A DNA stretch of 64,000 bases, from contig OZ251539.1 of assembly GCA_965243135.1 (NCBI GenBank), positions 5,056,001-5,120,000 on the forward strand, given 5' to 3'. Below are positions 30,429-40,492 of this stretch, piece after piece (position 1 is the first letter of the stretch; each line of letters starts with the position of its first letter). Below the pieces are notes generated by a model. It did not search any database. It saw only the letters and a program-made list of their open reading frames with translations, and had not been told where the DNA came from. Origin of the DNA: Alphaproteobacteria bacterium. Lineage in GTDB: Bacteria > Pseudomonadota > Alphaproteobacteria > MPNO01 > UBA830. A program made the translations under genes and the position numbers.

Positions 30429-31526
30429 ATGGGCACTCTCCAAACCTACATGCTGCGGCAGTTAATTTGGGCGACGCTATTGGTTGCGGCGGTGCTGACG
30501 TGCGTCGTCTGGCTCAGCCAGTCGCTGCGCTTCGTCGACCTGATGGTCAATCGCGGCCTGTCGATCACCGCCTTCGTCGGCTTCACGCTGCTTCTTCTTC
30601 CGACCTTTCTCTCTCTGATCGGTCCGATCGCGTTGTTCGTCGCGACCCTGTTCACCTACAACAGGATGACGACCGACAGCGAGATCGTCATCATGCGCGC
30701 AAGCGGCCTGGGGCCGCTGTTCATCGCGAGGCCGGTCGTCGTGCTGGCGCTGGCGCTGACGATCCTCGGCTACGTCAACACCCTGTACCTGATGCCGTCG
30801 GCCTTCCGGTCCTTCAAGGATCTGCAGCACAGGTTCCGTTCGGAACTCTCGCATCTGTTCCTGCAGCAGGGCGCGTTCAACTCGGCGCTCGGCGGGGTCA
30901 CGATATTCGTGCGGGAACGCGACGACCGGGATCAGCTGTACGGCATTCTGGTGCACGACGAGCGCGAACCGGACAAGGCCGCCACCATGACCGCCCAGCG
31001 AGGCGCGATCGTGGCGGATCCGCCCCGCCTCGTGCTGGTCAACGGCAGCCGCCAGGAAATAGGCGGCAAGAGCGGTCGTCTGTCCGTATTCTATTTCGAC
31101 AAATACACCTTCGATCTCGGCCTGCTCGAAGGCGTGAAGGAGCGGCTCTGGCGCGAGCCGCGCGAACGCTACCTGAACGAACTGCTGTACCCGCCCGACC
31201 AGGCGAACGGCGTTCACCAATACCGGAAACTGCGAATGGAGGGCCTCTTCAGGCTGAGTTCGCCCCTTCTCTACCTTTGCTTCGGCCTTGCGGCGCTCGG
31301 ATTCCTGCTGAGCGGCGACTTTCGCCGACGCGGCCAGTTGTACAGGGTTCTTTCCGCCGTCGCCGTGGTCGCGGCCGTCGAGATCGCCGTCATGGGCGTC
31401 AAGAACCTGGGCGAGAGAATTCCGCAGATGGAAGCGCTGATCTACGTCGTCCCGATCGCCGTCACCGTCTTCTTCGCGGTCATGCTGACGGCGACGCGGC
31501 GGCGTCTCGCGGACGCGTCGCCATGA
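30429..31526 (+). CDS. lptF: LPS export ABC permease LptF
   Basis: YjgP/Q topology, DSEIVIMRASG; divergent from pepA. Confidence 0.88.
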   Translation: MGTLQTYMLRQLIWATLLVAAVLTCVVWLSQSLRFVDLMVNRGLSITAFVGFTLLLLPTFLSLIGPIALFVATLFTYNRMTTDSEIVIMRASGLGPLFIARPVVVLALALTILGYVNTLYLMPSAFRSFKDLQHRFRSELSHLFLQQGAFNSALGGVTIFVRERDDRDQLYGILVHDEREPDKAATMTAQRGAIVADPPRLVLVNGSRQEIGGKSGRLSVFYFDKYTFDLGLLEGVKERLWREPRERYLNELLYPPDQANGVHQYRKLRMEGLFRLSSPLLYLCFGLAALGFLLSGDFRRRGQLYRVLSAVAVVAAVEIAVMGVKNLGERIPQMEALIYVVPIAVTVFFAVMLTATRRRLADASP

Positions 31527-32617
31527 CGCCGTCCAGGACGCTGTCCTTCTATATCGGTCGCCGGTACCTCTTCTGGCTAACCAGCGTCTCGGCCGCGCTG
31601 ATCGCGATAATCATGCTGGCGGACGTCCTCGAACTGCTCCGGCGCGCCTCCGGACGCGACGACTACGAAGGAATATCGATCGTCATACGGATGACGTTGC
31701 TGAAGCTGCCGGCAATGTTCGAAAAGATCCTTCCGATCGCTGCGCTGCTCGGCGCCGTCTTCGCGTTCTGGAGCCTGAACCGCCACCACGAGTTCGTCGT
31801 CATCCGCGCGGCGGGCGTTTCGATCTGGCAGTTTCTGGCCCCGGCGATCCTGCTCGCGATCGCCGTCGGGGTGCTCAAGGTCGCCGTGTTCAATCCGTTC
31901 TCGTCGGCGATGCTTCTTCAGTACGAGATCCTCGAAGCCAAGCACCTTCGCGGCAAGGACAGCCTCGCCGCCGTCGCCAATCGCGGGCTATGGTTCAGGC
32001 AACGGACGGAAGACGGCTACTACATCCTGCATGCGCGTTCGATGCGGGACCTTCGCCTGAAGGACGCCGTGGTGTTCCGGATGCTGAACGACGACCGCCT
32101 GGCTGCGCGGATCGACTCGCCGAGTGCGCATCTTGAGGAGGGGCACTGGCGCCTCGACGAGGCGACGGTCCTCACGCCGGACGGGCGGACGGAACGCCGG
32201 GAAGCCCTGCGCCTGTCCACCAACCTGACGCGAGAAAACATCGACGAGAGTTTCGCGCCTCCCGAAACGATATCCTTCTGGGCCTTGCCGGCCTTCGTCC
32301 GCGCGCTCGAAAGCGCCGGGTTGAAGGGCATCCGCCACAAGCTGCAGTGGCATGCGCACCTTGCTCTGCCCCTGATGCTGGCGGCCGTCACCCTGTTGGC
32401 GGCGACCTTTTCGCTGCGTCCGGTCAGAGGCGGCAGAGGCGGATCGCTCCTGATCGTCGCGGGCTGCGGCCTCGGGTTTCTCGTCTATTTCCTGACGGAC
32501 GTGGTTCATGCGCTCGGGATCTCTTCCGGGATCCCCGTGGCGATGGCGGCATGGAGTCCGCCGCTCGTCAGTGCCTTCGTCGGCGTGGGCATTCTGCTGC
32601 ATCTCGAGGACGGCTGA
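31523..32617 (+). CDS. lptG: LPS export ABC permease LptG
   Basis: EFVVIRAAGVSIWQFL, PETISFWALP; ATGA overlap with lptF. Confidence 0.88.
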   Translation: MTPSRTLSFYIGRRYLFWLTSVSAALIAIIMLADVLELLRRASGRDDYEGISIVIRMTLLKLPAMFEKILPIAALLGAVFAFWSLNRHHEFVVIRAAGVSIWQFLAPAILLAIAVGVLKVAVFNPFSSAMLLQYEILEAKHLRGKDSLAAVANRGLWFRQRTEDGYYILHARSMRDLRLKDAVVFRMLNDDRLAARIDSPSAHLEEGHWRLDEATVLTPDGRTERREALRLSTNLTRENIDESFAPPETISFWALPAFVRALESAGLKGIRHKLQWHAHLALPLMLAAVTLLAATFSLRPVRGGRGGSLLIVAGCGLGFLVYFLTDVVHALGISSGIPVAMAAWSPPLVSAFVGVGILLHLEDG

Positions 32618-32618
32618 A

Positions 32619-34799
32619 TTGCGGCGACTTGCCCGCATCCTTCTTCTGGCGATGCTGGCCTGGCCGGCGCTCGGCCAGGTCCGCGACGGACAGCCCATCG
32701 CCTTCAGGGCGGACGATCTGCGCGAGGAGGGCGATCTCGTCATCGCCGCCGGCAACGTCGAATTCTCGCAGGGGGGACGGACGCTTTTCGCGGACGAGGT
32801 GACCTACGACCGGGGCGCCGCCACGGTGACGGCGACCGGCGACGTCGTTCTGGCGGAAGCTTCGGGGGACACCCTTTTCGCCGACCGCGTCGAGTTCAAC
32901 GACGACCTGCGCGACGGCATCGTCGAGAATCTGCAGGTTCGCTTGGCGAACGACGCGCGGCTCGCGGCCGCAGGAGGGCGCCTCGCGGGCGACGTGGCGG
33001 ATTACCGCAAAGCGGTCTATTCGCCGTGCAAGCCTTGCGAGGACGACCCGGAGGCCGTTCCGATCTGGCAACTGAAGGCCTTCGACGTGACGCACGATCA
33101 GGAGGCGAACGACATCGTCTACAGGGACGCGTTTCTCGAATTCGCGGGCGTCCCGGTTCTTTACGCGCCTTACTTTTCGCACCCTGACCCCACCGTCGAT
33201 CGCCGAACGGGCTTCCTTACCCCTTCGTACGGCAGCGACGACGATCTCGGCACCATCCTCAGAATCCCCTACTATATCGATATCGCCCGGAACATGGACG
33301 CCACGCTGACTCCCACCCTCACGAGCAAGGGCGGTTCCGGCGCCGCGCTCCACTTCCGGCATCTTCTCGGACAAGGCGAATACGACCTGAAGGGAAGCTT
33401 CATCCACGAGGACGAACACGACTCGGACGCCAAGGAAGGCTTCCGCGGGCATGTCCGGGCGCGGTTGAGGTACGACTTCGACGAGGTTTGGCGCGGCGGC
33501 GCCGACGCGTTCCTCACCAATCAGGACACCTACCTCCGAAGGTACGGCTTCGGAAACGAGAACACGCTCGAGAACAGGGCGTTTCTGGAACGTTTCGCGG
33601 GCCGCAGCTACGCGGCCGCCGACGCGTACTACTTCCAGGGGCTGCGCGAGGAAGACGAATCGGACACGATACCCCTCGCGCTTCCCGTTTTCGATTACAA
33701 CTTCGTCGGGGAACCGGAGCCGAACGGCGCGCAGTGGAAGCTCGACGCCAACCTTCTCGCCCTGACCAGGGTCCGCGGCCGGGACACGAGACGCGCGTCC
33801 GTCCGGGCGTTCTGGCAACTTCCCCGCGCGACTCCGGGCGGGCATCTTCTGCGGCTGTTCGGATCGCTTCAGACCGACCTGTACTGGACGAACGATCTGC
33901 ACTGGACGAAAGACCGCGTTCGAAAGGAGGAGCCCGGAGCGACGGAATTCGAGAGCCGCGTCTTTCCCCAGGTCGGAGCGGACTGGAGCCTGCCGCTGGT
34001 CCGCGCCTCCGACGGATTCGCGTTGAGTCTGGAACCGACGGCGGCGCTGATCCTCGCGCCCGCCGCGCCCGCCGCAAGCGACATTCCAAACGAGGACAGC
34101 CTCAGCGCGGAACTCGACGACACGAACGTCTTCTCCGCGAACCGCTTCGCAGGGATCGACCGCGTGGAAGGCAGTCCGCGCGTCAGCTACGGCCTGCGCG
34201 GCGCGCTGCACGGCTCGGGCCGTCGCTTCGGCTCCTTTCTGCTCGGCCAGAGCTACAGCGTCGCCGCCGACGCGGATTTCCGTCCGGGGAGCGGCCTCGA
34301 AAGCGAACTCTCCGACATCGTCGGGCGCATCGGCTTCTCCCCCCTGCCGTGGATCGACGCCGCCTACCGGTTCCGGCTCGACAGGGACAGCGGCGACGCC
34401 GAACGCGGAGAGCTTCAGTTGTCGGCCGGCGCGCCGCTGCTGCGCATCGACGCCAACTATCTGTCGATCAAGAAGCAAACCGGCAGGGCGACGCCGGAAA
34501 CGTTCGACGAAAGGGAGGAGCTGATCGCCGCGGTCTCCTCGAGATTCGCGGAGAACTGGCGGGTGGGCGCGCACTCGCACCGCGACCTTGCGGGCCGCGG
34601 GCGATCGCTGCAACATGGCGCGTTCTTGATCTACGAAAACGACTGCTTCCGGACTCGCCTCGACTTCTCCCGAAAGTTCACCGTCGACAGGGACCTCCGG
34701 CCGCGGGACACGATCTTCCTGCAGGTCGAATTCAAGACTCTCGGCGCGGTGAGCCTGTTCGGCGGCGGGGGCCAGGGCGTCCTTGGAGAAAACCGATGA
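32619..34799 (+). CDS. lptD: LPS assembly protein LptD
   Basis: YSPCKPC, PYFSHPDPTVDRRTGFL, PNEDS, Y.NDC; TTG start inferred. Confidence 0.9.
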   Translation: MRRLARILLLAMLAWPALGQVRDGQPIAFRADDLREEGDLVIAAGNVEFSQGGRTLFADEVTYDRGAATVTATGDVVLAEASGDTLFADRVEFNDDLRDGIVENLQVRLANDARLAAAGGRLAGDVADYRKAVYSPCKPCEDDPEAVPIWQLKAFDVTHDQEANDIVYRDAFLEFAGVPVLYAPYFSHPDPTVDRRTGFLTPSYGSDDDLGTILRIPYYIDIARNMDATLTPTLTSKGGSGAALHFRHLLGQGEYDLKGSFIHEDEHDSDAKEGFRGHVRARLRYDFDEVWRGGADAFLTNQDTYLRRYGFGNENTLENRAFLERFAGRSYAAADAYYFQGLREEDESDTIPLALPVFDYNFVGEPEPNGAQWKLDANLLALTRVRGRDTRRASVRAFWQLPRATPGGHLLRLFGSLQTDLYWTNDLHWTKDRVRKEEPGATEFESRVFPQVGADWSLPLVRASDGFALSLEPTAALILAPAAPAASDIPNEDSLSAELDDTNVFSANRFAGIDRVEGSPRVSYGLRGALHGSGRRFGSFLLGQSYSVAADADFRPGSGLESELSDIVGRIGFSPLPWIDAAYRFRLDRDSGDAERGELQLSAGAPLLRIDANYLSIKKQTGRATPETFDEREELIAAVSSRFAENWRVGAHSHRDLAGRGRSLQHGAFLIYENDCFRTRLDFSRKFTVDRDLRPRDTIFLQVEFKTLGAVSLFGGGGQGVLGENR

Positions 34800-34858
34800 G
34801 AAAGCCCGGCTTGGCTTGCGGCGAGGCGGCGTTTACAATGCACTGGGGACGGCGGACG

Positions 34859-36094
34859 ATGCAGCGGATCGCACTTCTTCTTACGGCGCTGGGGATTTGC
34901 GCGGCGGCGACGGCCGGTCAGGCCGCATCGTGGATCGCCGCCACGGTGAACGACGAGGTCGTTTCGGCTTACGACGTCGAAGCGCGGCTGCGGCTGGTTC
35001 TCTTTTCCACCCGGCTGCCCGACACGCCCGAGACTCGCCGACGCTATCGCGGCCAGGTCCTGCGGTCGCTGATCGACGAGCGGCTGCAGCTCCAGGAAGC
35101 CAAGCGCCGGAACGTCTCGGTGAGCGAGCGCGAAATTCGTCTGGAGACGGCGGACCTCGAGCGGCGGAACAACATGCCCGCGGGCAGGTTGAGCGAGTTG
35201 CTCGCCCGCAACGACGTGCCGCCGGACGCCTTCGCCGCCCAGATTCGGGCCGGAGTCGCCTGGCGAAAGCTGGTTTCCCGCCAGCTTCGCCCTCGGGTCG
35301 TCGTAGGCGACGAGGAAATCGACGAGGCGATCGACCGCGTCGCGTCGCGTCAGGGCCAGATGGAGTACCGCCTCGCCGAGATCGTGATGACGGCCGAGCG
35401 CCCCGACCGGGAGGCGGCGGTTCGCGAGGCCGCGGAGCGGCTCGCCGGGCAGCTTCGCCAGGGCGCGCAGTTCGGCGAAGTGGCGCGCCAGTTCTCGCAG
35501 AGCGCGACCGCGGCGGTCGGCGGGGATCTGGGATGGGTCCACGAGTCGGACCTCGACGAATCGCTGCGGCAGGTCGTTCCCGGCGCGAGCGCGGGCGCTC
35601 TGATCGGCCCGCTCAAGGCGCTTTCCGGGTACCGCATCGTCTTGCTTTCCGACGCGCGGAAAATCGCGGGGAGCGCCCGGCTGAACATGCGCCAACTGCT
35701 CGTTCCGATTCCTGCCGACGCGGACGCGGGCGAGGTCGATGCCCGGATGGCGAGGGCGACCGAGCTCGGGCGGGAAGCCGGCGATTGCGGAACGTTCGAG
35801 GCTCTCGCCCGCCGGCTCGAGTCGCCCGTCCCGCCCGATCCGGGCGAGATCGTGACGGACGGCCTCGCGCCGGAAATGAAGACCGTCGTGGAGGACCTGC
35901 CGGTCGGGCGCGTCAGCGACCCGGTCCGCACGCCGGCCGGCGCTCTGCTTCTGATGGTCTGCTCCCGCGACGAACGGGGCCTGCCCGACCGCATGATCGT
36001 CGCGAACGGGCTGCTCCAGCAGAAAATGTCGCTGATGGCGCGGCGCTACATGCGGGATCTTCGGCTGTCCGCGGTCATCGACGTGCGCAGTTGA
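34859..36094 (+). CDS. surA: SurA-like peptidylprolyl isomerase
   Basis: IAATVNDEVVS, LIDERLQ, FSQSATAAVGGDLGWV; synteny lptD-surA-pdxA; alternative start 34796. Confidence 0.88.
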   Translation: MQRIALLLTALGICAAATAGQAASWIAATVNDEVVSAYDVEARLRLVLFSTRLPDTPETRRRYRGQVLRSLIDERLQLQEAKRRNVSVSEREIRLETADLERRNNMPAGRLSELLARNDVPPDAFAAQIRAGVAWRKLVSRQLRPRVVVGDEEIDEAIDRVASRQGQMEYRLAEIVMTAERPDREAAVREAAERLAGQLRQGAQFGEVARQFSQSATAAVGGDLGWVHESDLDESLRQVVPGASAGALIGPLKALSGYRIVLLSDARKIAGSARLNMRQLLVPIPADADAGEVDARMARATELGREAGDCGTFEALARRLESPVPPDPGEIVTDGLAPEMKTVVEDLPVGRVSDPVRTPAGALLLMVCSRDERGLPDRMIVANGLLQQKMSLMARRYMRDLRLSAVIDVRS

Positions 36095-36098
36095 ACCC

Positions 36099-37082
36099 GT
36101 GGCGGACGGCCTGCCCATCGCGGTGACAATGGGCGACCCGGCCGGCATCGGCGGCGAGATCGCTCTCATGGCGTGGCGATCCCGCCGCGGCGACCTGCCG
36201 CCGTTCTTCCTGATCGACGACCCCGAGCGCCTTCGCCGGCTGGCGGACGCGACGGGAATCCGTTGTCCGGTCAGCCCGATCGCGGCCGCCGCCGCCGCCG
36301 TCGGCGTCTACGCCGACGCTCTCCCGGTCATGCCGATCGGCGCGTCGTTCCGCGGCGACGGAACGATCGAATCGATCGACCGCGCGATCGACGAGGCGCT
36401 GGCGGGGCGCGTCGCCGGCATGGTGACGAATCCCATTCGCAAGAGCGCCCTCTACGAGCGGGGTTTCGCATGCCCGGGGCATACCGAGTACCTCGGCGAA
36501 CGGGCCGGCCTGGAACGCCCGCCGGTCATGATGCTCGCCGCGCCCGCGCTGAAGGTGGTGCCGGTCACGATTCATCTCGCCTTGCGCGACGCGATCGCGG
36601 CGCTCACGACGGAGCGGATCCATCGCGCGCTGGCGGCGACGCGGGACGCCATGAAGACGGACTTCGGCCTGGACGAGCCGCGGATCGCGGTTTCCGGCCT
36701 CAATCCGCACGCCGGCGAGGACGGCCATATGGGCCGGGAGGAAATCGACGTCATCCGGCCCGCGATCGCCCGCATGCAGGCGGACGGCGCGTCGGTCGCG
36801 GGCCCGCTCGCGGCGGATTCCATGTTTCACGAAGACGCGCGGCGGCGTTACGACGTCGCCGTTTGCATGTATCACGATCAGGCCCTGATTCCCCTGAAGA
36901 CCCTCGACTTCCGCGGCGGGGTCAACGTCTCTCTGGGGCTTCCCTTCGTCAGAACTTCGCCGGACCACGGCACGGCCTGCGATATCGCGGGGACGGGAAC
37001 GGCCGACCCCTCGAGCCTGATCCAGGCGATACGCATGGCGGGCGAGATCGCGGACCGCCGCGCCGGAAAAGGCGCTTCCTGA
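36099..37082 (+). CDS. pdxA: 4-hydroxythreonine-4-phosphate dehydrogenase
   Basis: TMGDPAGIGGE, GLNPHAGE, MYHDQ, RTSPDHGTA. Confidence 0.95.
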   Translation: MADGLPIAVTMGDPAGIGGEIALMAWRSRRGDLPPFFLIDDPERLRRLADATGIRCPVSPIAAAAAAVGVYADALPVMPIGASFRGDGTIESIDRAIDEALAGRVAGMVTNPIRKSALYERGFACPGHTEYLGERAGLERPPVMMLAAPALKVVPVTIHLALRDAIAALTTERIHRALAATRDAMKTDFGLDEPRIAVSGLNPHAGEDGHMGREEIDVIRPAIARMQADGASVAGPLAADSMFHEDARRRYDVAVCMYHDQALIPLKTLDFRGGVNVSLGLPFVRTSPDHGTACDIAGTGTADPSSLIQAIRMAGEIADRRAGKGAS

Positions 37083-37126
37083 GCCGGAACCCGCAGCCCG
37101 GGCCGGCGGGCCGCGGCGCGAAGGCG

Positions 37127-37957
37127 GTGAGCGACTTGCCGCCGCTGCGCGAGGTCATCGCCGCGCACCGCCTGCGCCCGCGCAGGTCTCTCGGCCAGAA
37201 CTTCCTTCACGACCTCAACGTCACGCGCCGCATCGCGCGCGCGGCGGGACCGCTCTCGGGAGCGACCGTCCTGGAAATCGGGCCTGGACCGGGCGGGCTG
37301 ACCCGCGCCCTGCTGGAAGAAGGGGCGGCGCGCGTCGTCGCGGTCGAGCGCGACCCGCGATGCGCGGGCGCGCTGGAGGAAATCTCCGCGGTCGCGGGCG
37401 GGCGGCTGACCGTGGTCGAAGGGGACGCGCTGTCCTTCGACCCGGCGTCGATCGGCGACGGTCCCGTGCGAGTCGTCGCCAACCTGCCCTACAACGTCGC
37501 GACGGCCCTTCTGCTTCGATGGCTGAAGGAGCCGGGGCGTTTCGACCGGCTCGTGCTGATGTTCCAGAAGGAGGTGGCCGAGCGCCTGACGGCGGAACCG
37601 GGATCGCGGCGGTACGGCCGCCTGTCGGTCGCCGTCCAGTCGCGATGCGCCGCGCGCCGGTTGTTCGATCTGCCGCCCGCGGCGTTCGTGCCGCCGCCCA
37701 AGGTGCATTCGTCGGTCGTGGCGCTGCGGCCCGCGCCGTCCGCCGGCGCCGACCCCGAACTTCTCGAAGCCGTCGCGGCCGCGGCGTTCGCCCAGCGCCG
37801 CAAGATGCTCCGGACCGCGCTCGCGGGCCTGTTCGCGGCGCCGGACGAAACGTTGGCGAATTGCGGCATCGACCCGCGGGCGCGCGCGGAAGAAATCGAT
37901 ATCGACGGCTTCCGGGCGCTGGCGCGGGCGCTCGGAACCCTGCGCCGCGGCGCCTGA
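37127..37957 (+). CDS. rsmA: 16S rRNA m6,2A dimethyltransferase
   Basis: LGQNFL, EIGPGPG, ANLPYN, QRRKML. Confidence 0.95.
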   Translation: MSDLPPLREVIAAHRLRPRRSLGQNFLHDLNVTRRIARAAGPLSGATVLEIGPGPGGLTRALLEEGAARVVAVERDPRCAGALEEISAVAGGRLTVVEGDALSFDPASIGDGPVRVVANLPYNVATALLLRWLKEPGRFDRLVLMFQKEVAERLTAEPGSRRYGRLSVAVQSRCAARRLFDLPPAAFVPPPKVHSSVVALRPAPSAGADPELLEAVAAAAFAQRRKMLRTALAGLFAAPDETLANCGIDPRARAEEIDIDGFRALARALGTLRRGA

Positions 37958-37963
37958 AGCCCG

Positions 37964-38596
37964 CTATCCGCGCAGGCGCTCGACGAATTCCCTCAAGCCC
38001 GTCTGCCGCTCGCGCCGCAGCCGCTCCGCGGCCAGCACCGCCCGCACCTTGGCCACGCAGTCTTCGATTTCCTCGTTGACGACGACGTAGTCGTACTCCG
38101 GCCAGTGGCTGATGTGGTCGGCCGCACCCGCCATGCGTTCCCTGACCACGTCGGCGCTGTCCTGCGCGCGCAGTTTCAGCCGCCGGCCCAGTTCTTCCGT
38201 GGAGGGCGGGAGAATGAAGACGCTCACGAGGTCGCCGCTGACCTTCTCTCTGAGCTGCTTCTCGCCCTGCCAGTCGACGTCGAGCAGAACGTCCCGGCCG
38301 TCGGCGAGCGCCTTCCTGACCGCCGGGCGCGGCGTGCCGTAGCGGTGTCCGAACACCTCCGCATGCTCGAGCAGCTCGCCGCGGTCGAGCATGTCGGAGA
38401 ACTCGCCGGGACCGACGAAGTAATAGTCCCGGCCGTCTTCCTCGCCGGGGCGCTTCGGACGGGTCGTGGCCGAGATCGACGGAAAGAGGCCGGTTTCCGT
38501 TTCGAGCAGCCTCCTGGATACCGTCGTCTTGCCGGCGCCGGAAGGCGACGACAGAACGAGCAGCAGGCCGCGGCGGGCGATGACGGCGCCGTTCAT
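37964..38596 (-). CDS. gmk: Guanylate kinase
   Basis: SSPSGAGKT, SATTRPKRPGE, YGTP. Confidence 0.96.
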   Translation of the reverse strand: MNGAVIARRGLLLVLSSPSGAGKTTVSRRLLETETGLFPSISATTRPKRPGEEDGRDYYFVGPGEFSDMLDRGELLEHAEVFGHRYGTPRPAVRKALADGRDVLLDVDWQGEKQLREKVSGDLVSVFILPPSTEELGRRLKLRAQDSADVVRERMAGAADHISHWPEYDYVVVNEEIEDCVAKVRAVLAAERLRRERQTGLREFVERLRG

Positions 38597-38606
38597 CGCG
38601 GCCGCC

Positions 38607-39527
38607 TCATTCGACGTTCCGGATCTGCTCGCGCAGCCGTTCGATTTCGACCTTGAGGTCGATCCCGCGCTGCGTAAGCTCCAGGGCCGACGACTTGGCG
38701 CACAGGGTGTTGGCCTCGCGGCCGAGTTCCTGACAGAGAAAGTCCAGCCGCCGCCCTATCGCGCCGCCGCCGCCGATCAGTTCGCGAACCGCGTCCAGGT
38801 GCGCGCGCAGGCGTTCGAGTTCCTCGCTTGCGTCGCCGCGCGCCGCGATCACGGCGATTTCCTGCGCGAGCCGGTCTTCGGCCAGGCCGGTTTCCGTCAG
38901 TTCGCGCAATCGCGCGCGCAACCGGTCCGCGCTCTTCCGCGGCTCCTCCGCCGCGAGCCCGGACGCTTGCGACACGAGCCGCCCGATCTCGTCGAGATGC
39001 CCGTCGACCGCCAGCTTCAGCCGCGCGCCTTCTTCCCGCCGCGCCTGCGACAATTCGTCGAGAAGTTCGGCGAAGCCGCGCAGAACTCCGGCTTGCCGTT
39101 CCGGGGACGGCGCTTCGTCGCCGACCGTCTCGACGACTCCCCGGACCGTCAGCAGAGTCGCGATGTCGGACGCGCTGCCGTCTCCCGCCGTTTCGCCGCG
39201 GCATTCCGCGACCGCGTTCGCCAGCCGCCCGAGCAGGCCGCGGTCGATCTCGTAGCGGGCCGCCGCCGCCTGCAGCCGGCAGGTCAGCCCGAAGGCGAGG
39301 CTGCCGCGCGAAAAGCGCTCGGCCGCCAGCTTCCGGGCCGGCGCCTCCACCGGCTCGAAACCGGCCGCGAGCCGGAAACGCATTTCGATCCCGCGCGCGT
39401 TGAGGCTTCTGGCTTCCCAGGTCCAGCTGCAGCCCGAACCGGAGCCGTCGACCCGCGCGAATCCCGTCATGCTCGACATGCCCGCCTGACCGCTCATGGG
39501 CGGGCCGGACGCGCCGCGCTTCGTCAT
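38607..39527 (-). CDS. YicC/YloC family endoribonuclease
   Basis: SMTGFAR, EELERL, GRRLDFLCQELGREANTLCAKS, REQIRNVE; start may be 39497. Confidence 0.9.
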   Translation of the reverse strand: MTKRGASGPPMSGQAGMSSMTGFARVDGSGSGCSWTWEARSLNARGIEMRFRLAAGFEPVEAPARKLAAERFSRGSLAFGLTCRLQAAAARYEIDRGLLGRLANAVAECRGETAGDGSASDIATLLTVRGVVETVGDEAPSPERQAGVLRGFAELLDELSQARREEGARLKLAVDGHLDEIGRLVSQASGLAAEEPRKSADRLRARLRELTETGLAEDRLAQEIAVIAARGDASEELERLRAHLDAVRELIGGGGAIGRRLDFLCQELGREANTLCAKSSALELTQRGIDLKVEIERLREQIRNVE

Positions 39528-40486
39528 CGGTTCTTCATGCGCCGCCGCCACTCGGCGACGTTCCTGTTGTGCTCGCGGAGCGTGCGGGCGAACCTGTGGC
39601 CTCCGGAGCCGTCGGCGACGAAATACAGATCTCCGGTGCGGGCCGGCCTGACGGCCGCCCGAAGCGCGGCGCGGCCGGGGCTGGAGATCGGCGCCGGCGG
39701 CAACCCCCGCCGCGCATAGGTGTTGTAAGGCGAATCGACGGCTAGGTCGGCGCGCGTGAGCTTGCGTCCCAGCGGCCTTCGCCCGGCCGTGATCGCGTAG
39801 GCGACCGTCGGATCGGACTGCAACCGCATGCCGCGGCGCAGGCGATTGTGGAAAACGGCCGATATCCGGGCGCGCTCGGCCCCGACGCCGGTTTCCTTCT
39901 CGATCATCGAAGCGAGGACGAGCGCCTCCTCCGGCGTCCGGATGGAAAGGCCCTTCTTGCGAACGTCCCAGGCTTCGCGAACCGCCTCGGCCATCGCGGC
40001 CGCCATGCGCCGCAGGATCGAATCCCGCGTGTCTCCCCAGGAATAGAAGTAGGTTTCGGGCAGCAACGCGCCCTCCGCCGCGGGGGCGGAGACGCGGCCG
40101 GAAAGGCCTCCGGCGTTCTCGACCAGAGAGACGATCGCGCGCGCCGTCAGGCCCTCGGGAACCATCAGCCGCCGCGTCACGGTCTTGCCGGCGGCAAGAT
40201 GCCGCGCGACGTCCCGCATGCTCATCCTCGGCGCGAAGGCGAACTCGCCCGCGCGCAAGCTGCCGGCGAGGCCGGAGACGCGAACGCCGGACGTGAAAAG
40301 AAAGGAATCCCGGATAACTCCCGCATCCGACAGAAGGCGCGAAATTTCCCGCACGCCGTTCCCTTCGGGAATGACGACCACGGTTTCCGCGGTCAGCGGT
40401 CCGGCCCGCTCGAAAGCCCGCCACGCGGCCCCGGCCGCGACGGCGACGGCGATCGCAAGGACAGCTGCGCCCGCAAGCCGCGGCAT
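39524..40486 (-). CDS. mltG: Endolytic transglycosylase MltG
   Basis: LASMIEKET, NRLRRGMRLQSDPT, SPYNTY...GLPP. Confidence 0.93.
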   Translation of the reverse strand: MPRLAGAAVLAIAVAVAAGAAWRAFERAGPLTAETVVVIPEGNGVREISRLLSDAGVIRDSFLFTSGVRVSGLAGSLRAGEFAFAPRMSMRDVARHLAAGKTVTRRLMVPEGLTARAIVSLVENAGGLSGRVSAPAAEGALLPETYFYSWGDTRDSILRRMAAAMAEAVREAWDVRKKGLSIRTPEEALVLASMIEKETGVGAERARISAVFHNRLRRGMRLQSDPTVAYAITAGRRPLGRKLTRADLAVDSPYNTYARRGLPPAPISSPGRAALRAAVRPARTGDLYFVADGSGGHRFARTLREHNRNVAEWRRRMKNR

Positions 40487-40492
40487 GTTCCG

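Noticed and set aside
28254-30443. 729-aa ORF that looks like a giant HolC fusion (similar cases at 33488..36094, 38607..41471, 42159..43586, 53983..55836)
   Set aside because: The upstream parts are Arg/Gly-rich alternative frames of the preceding real gene, a high-GC artefact
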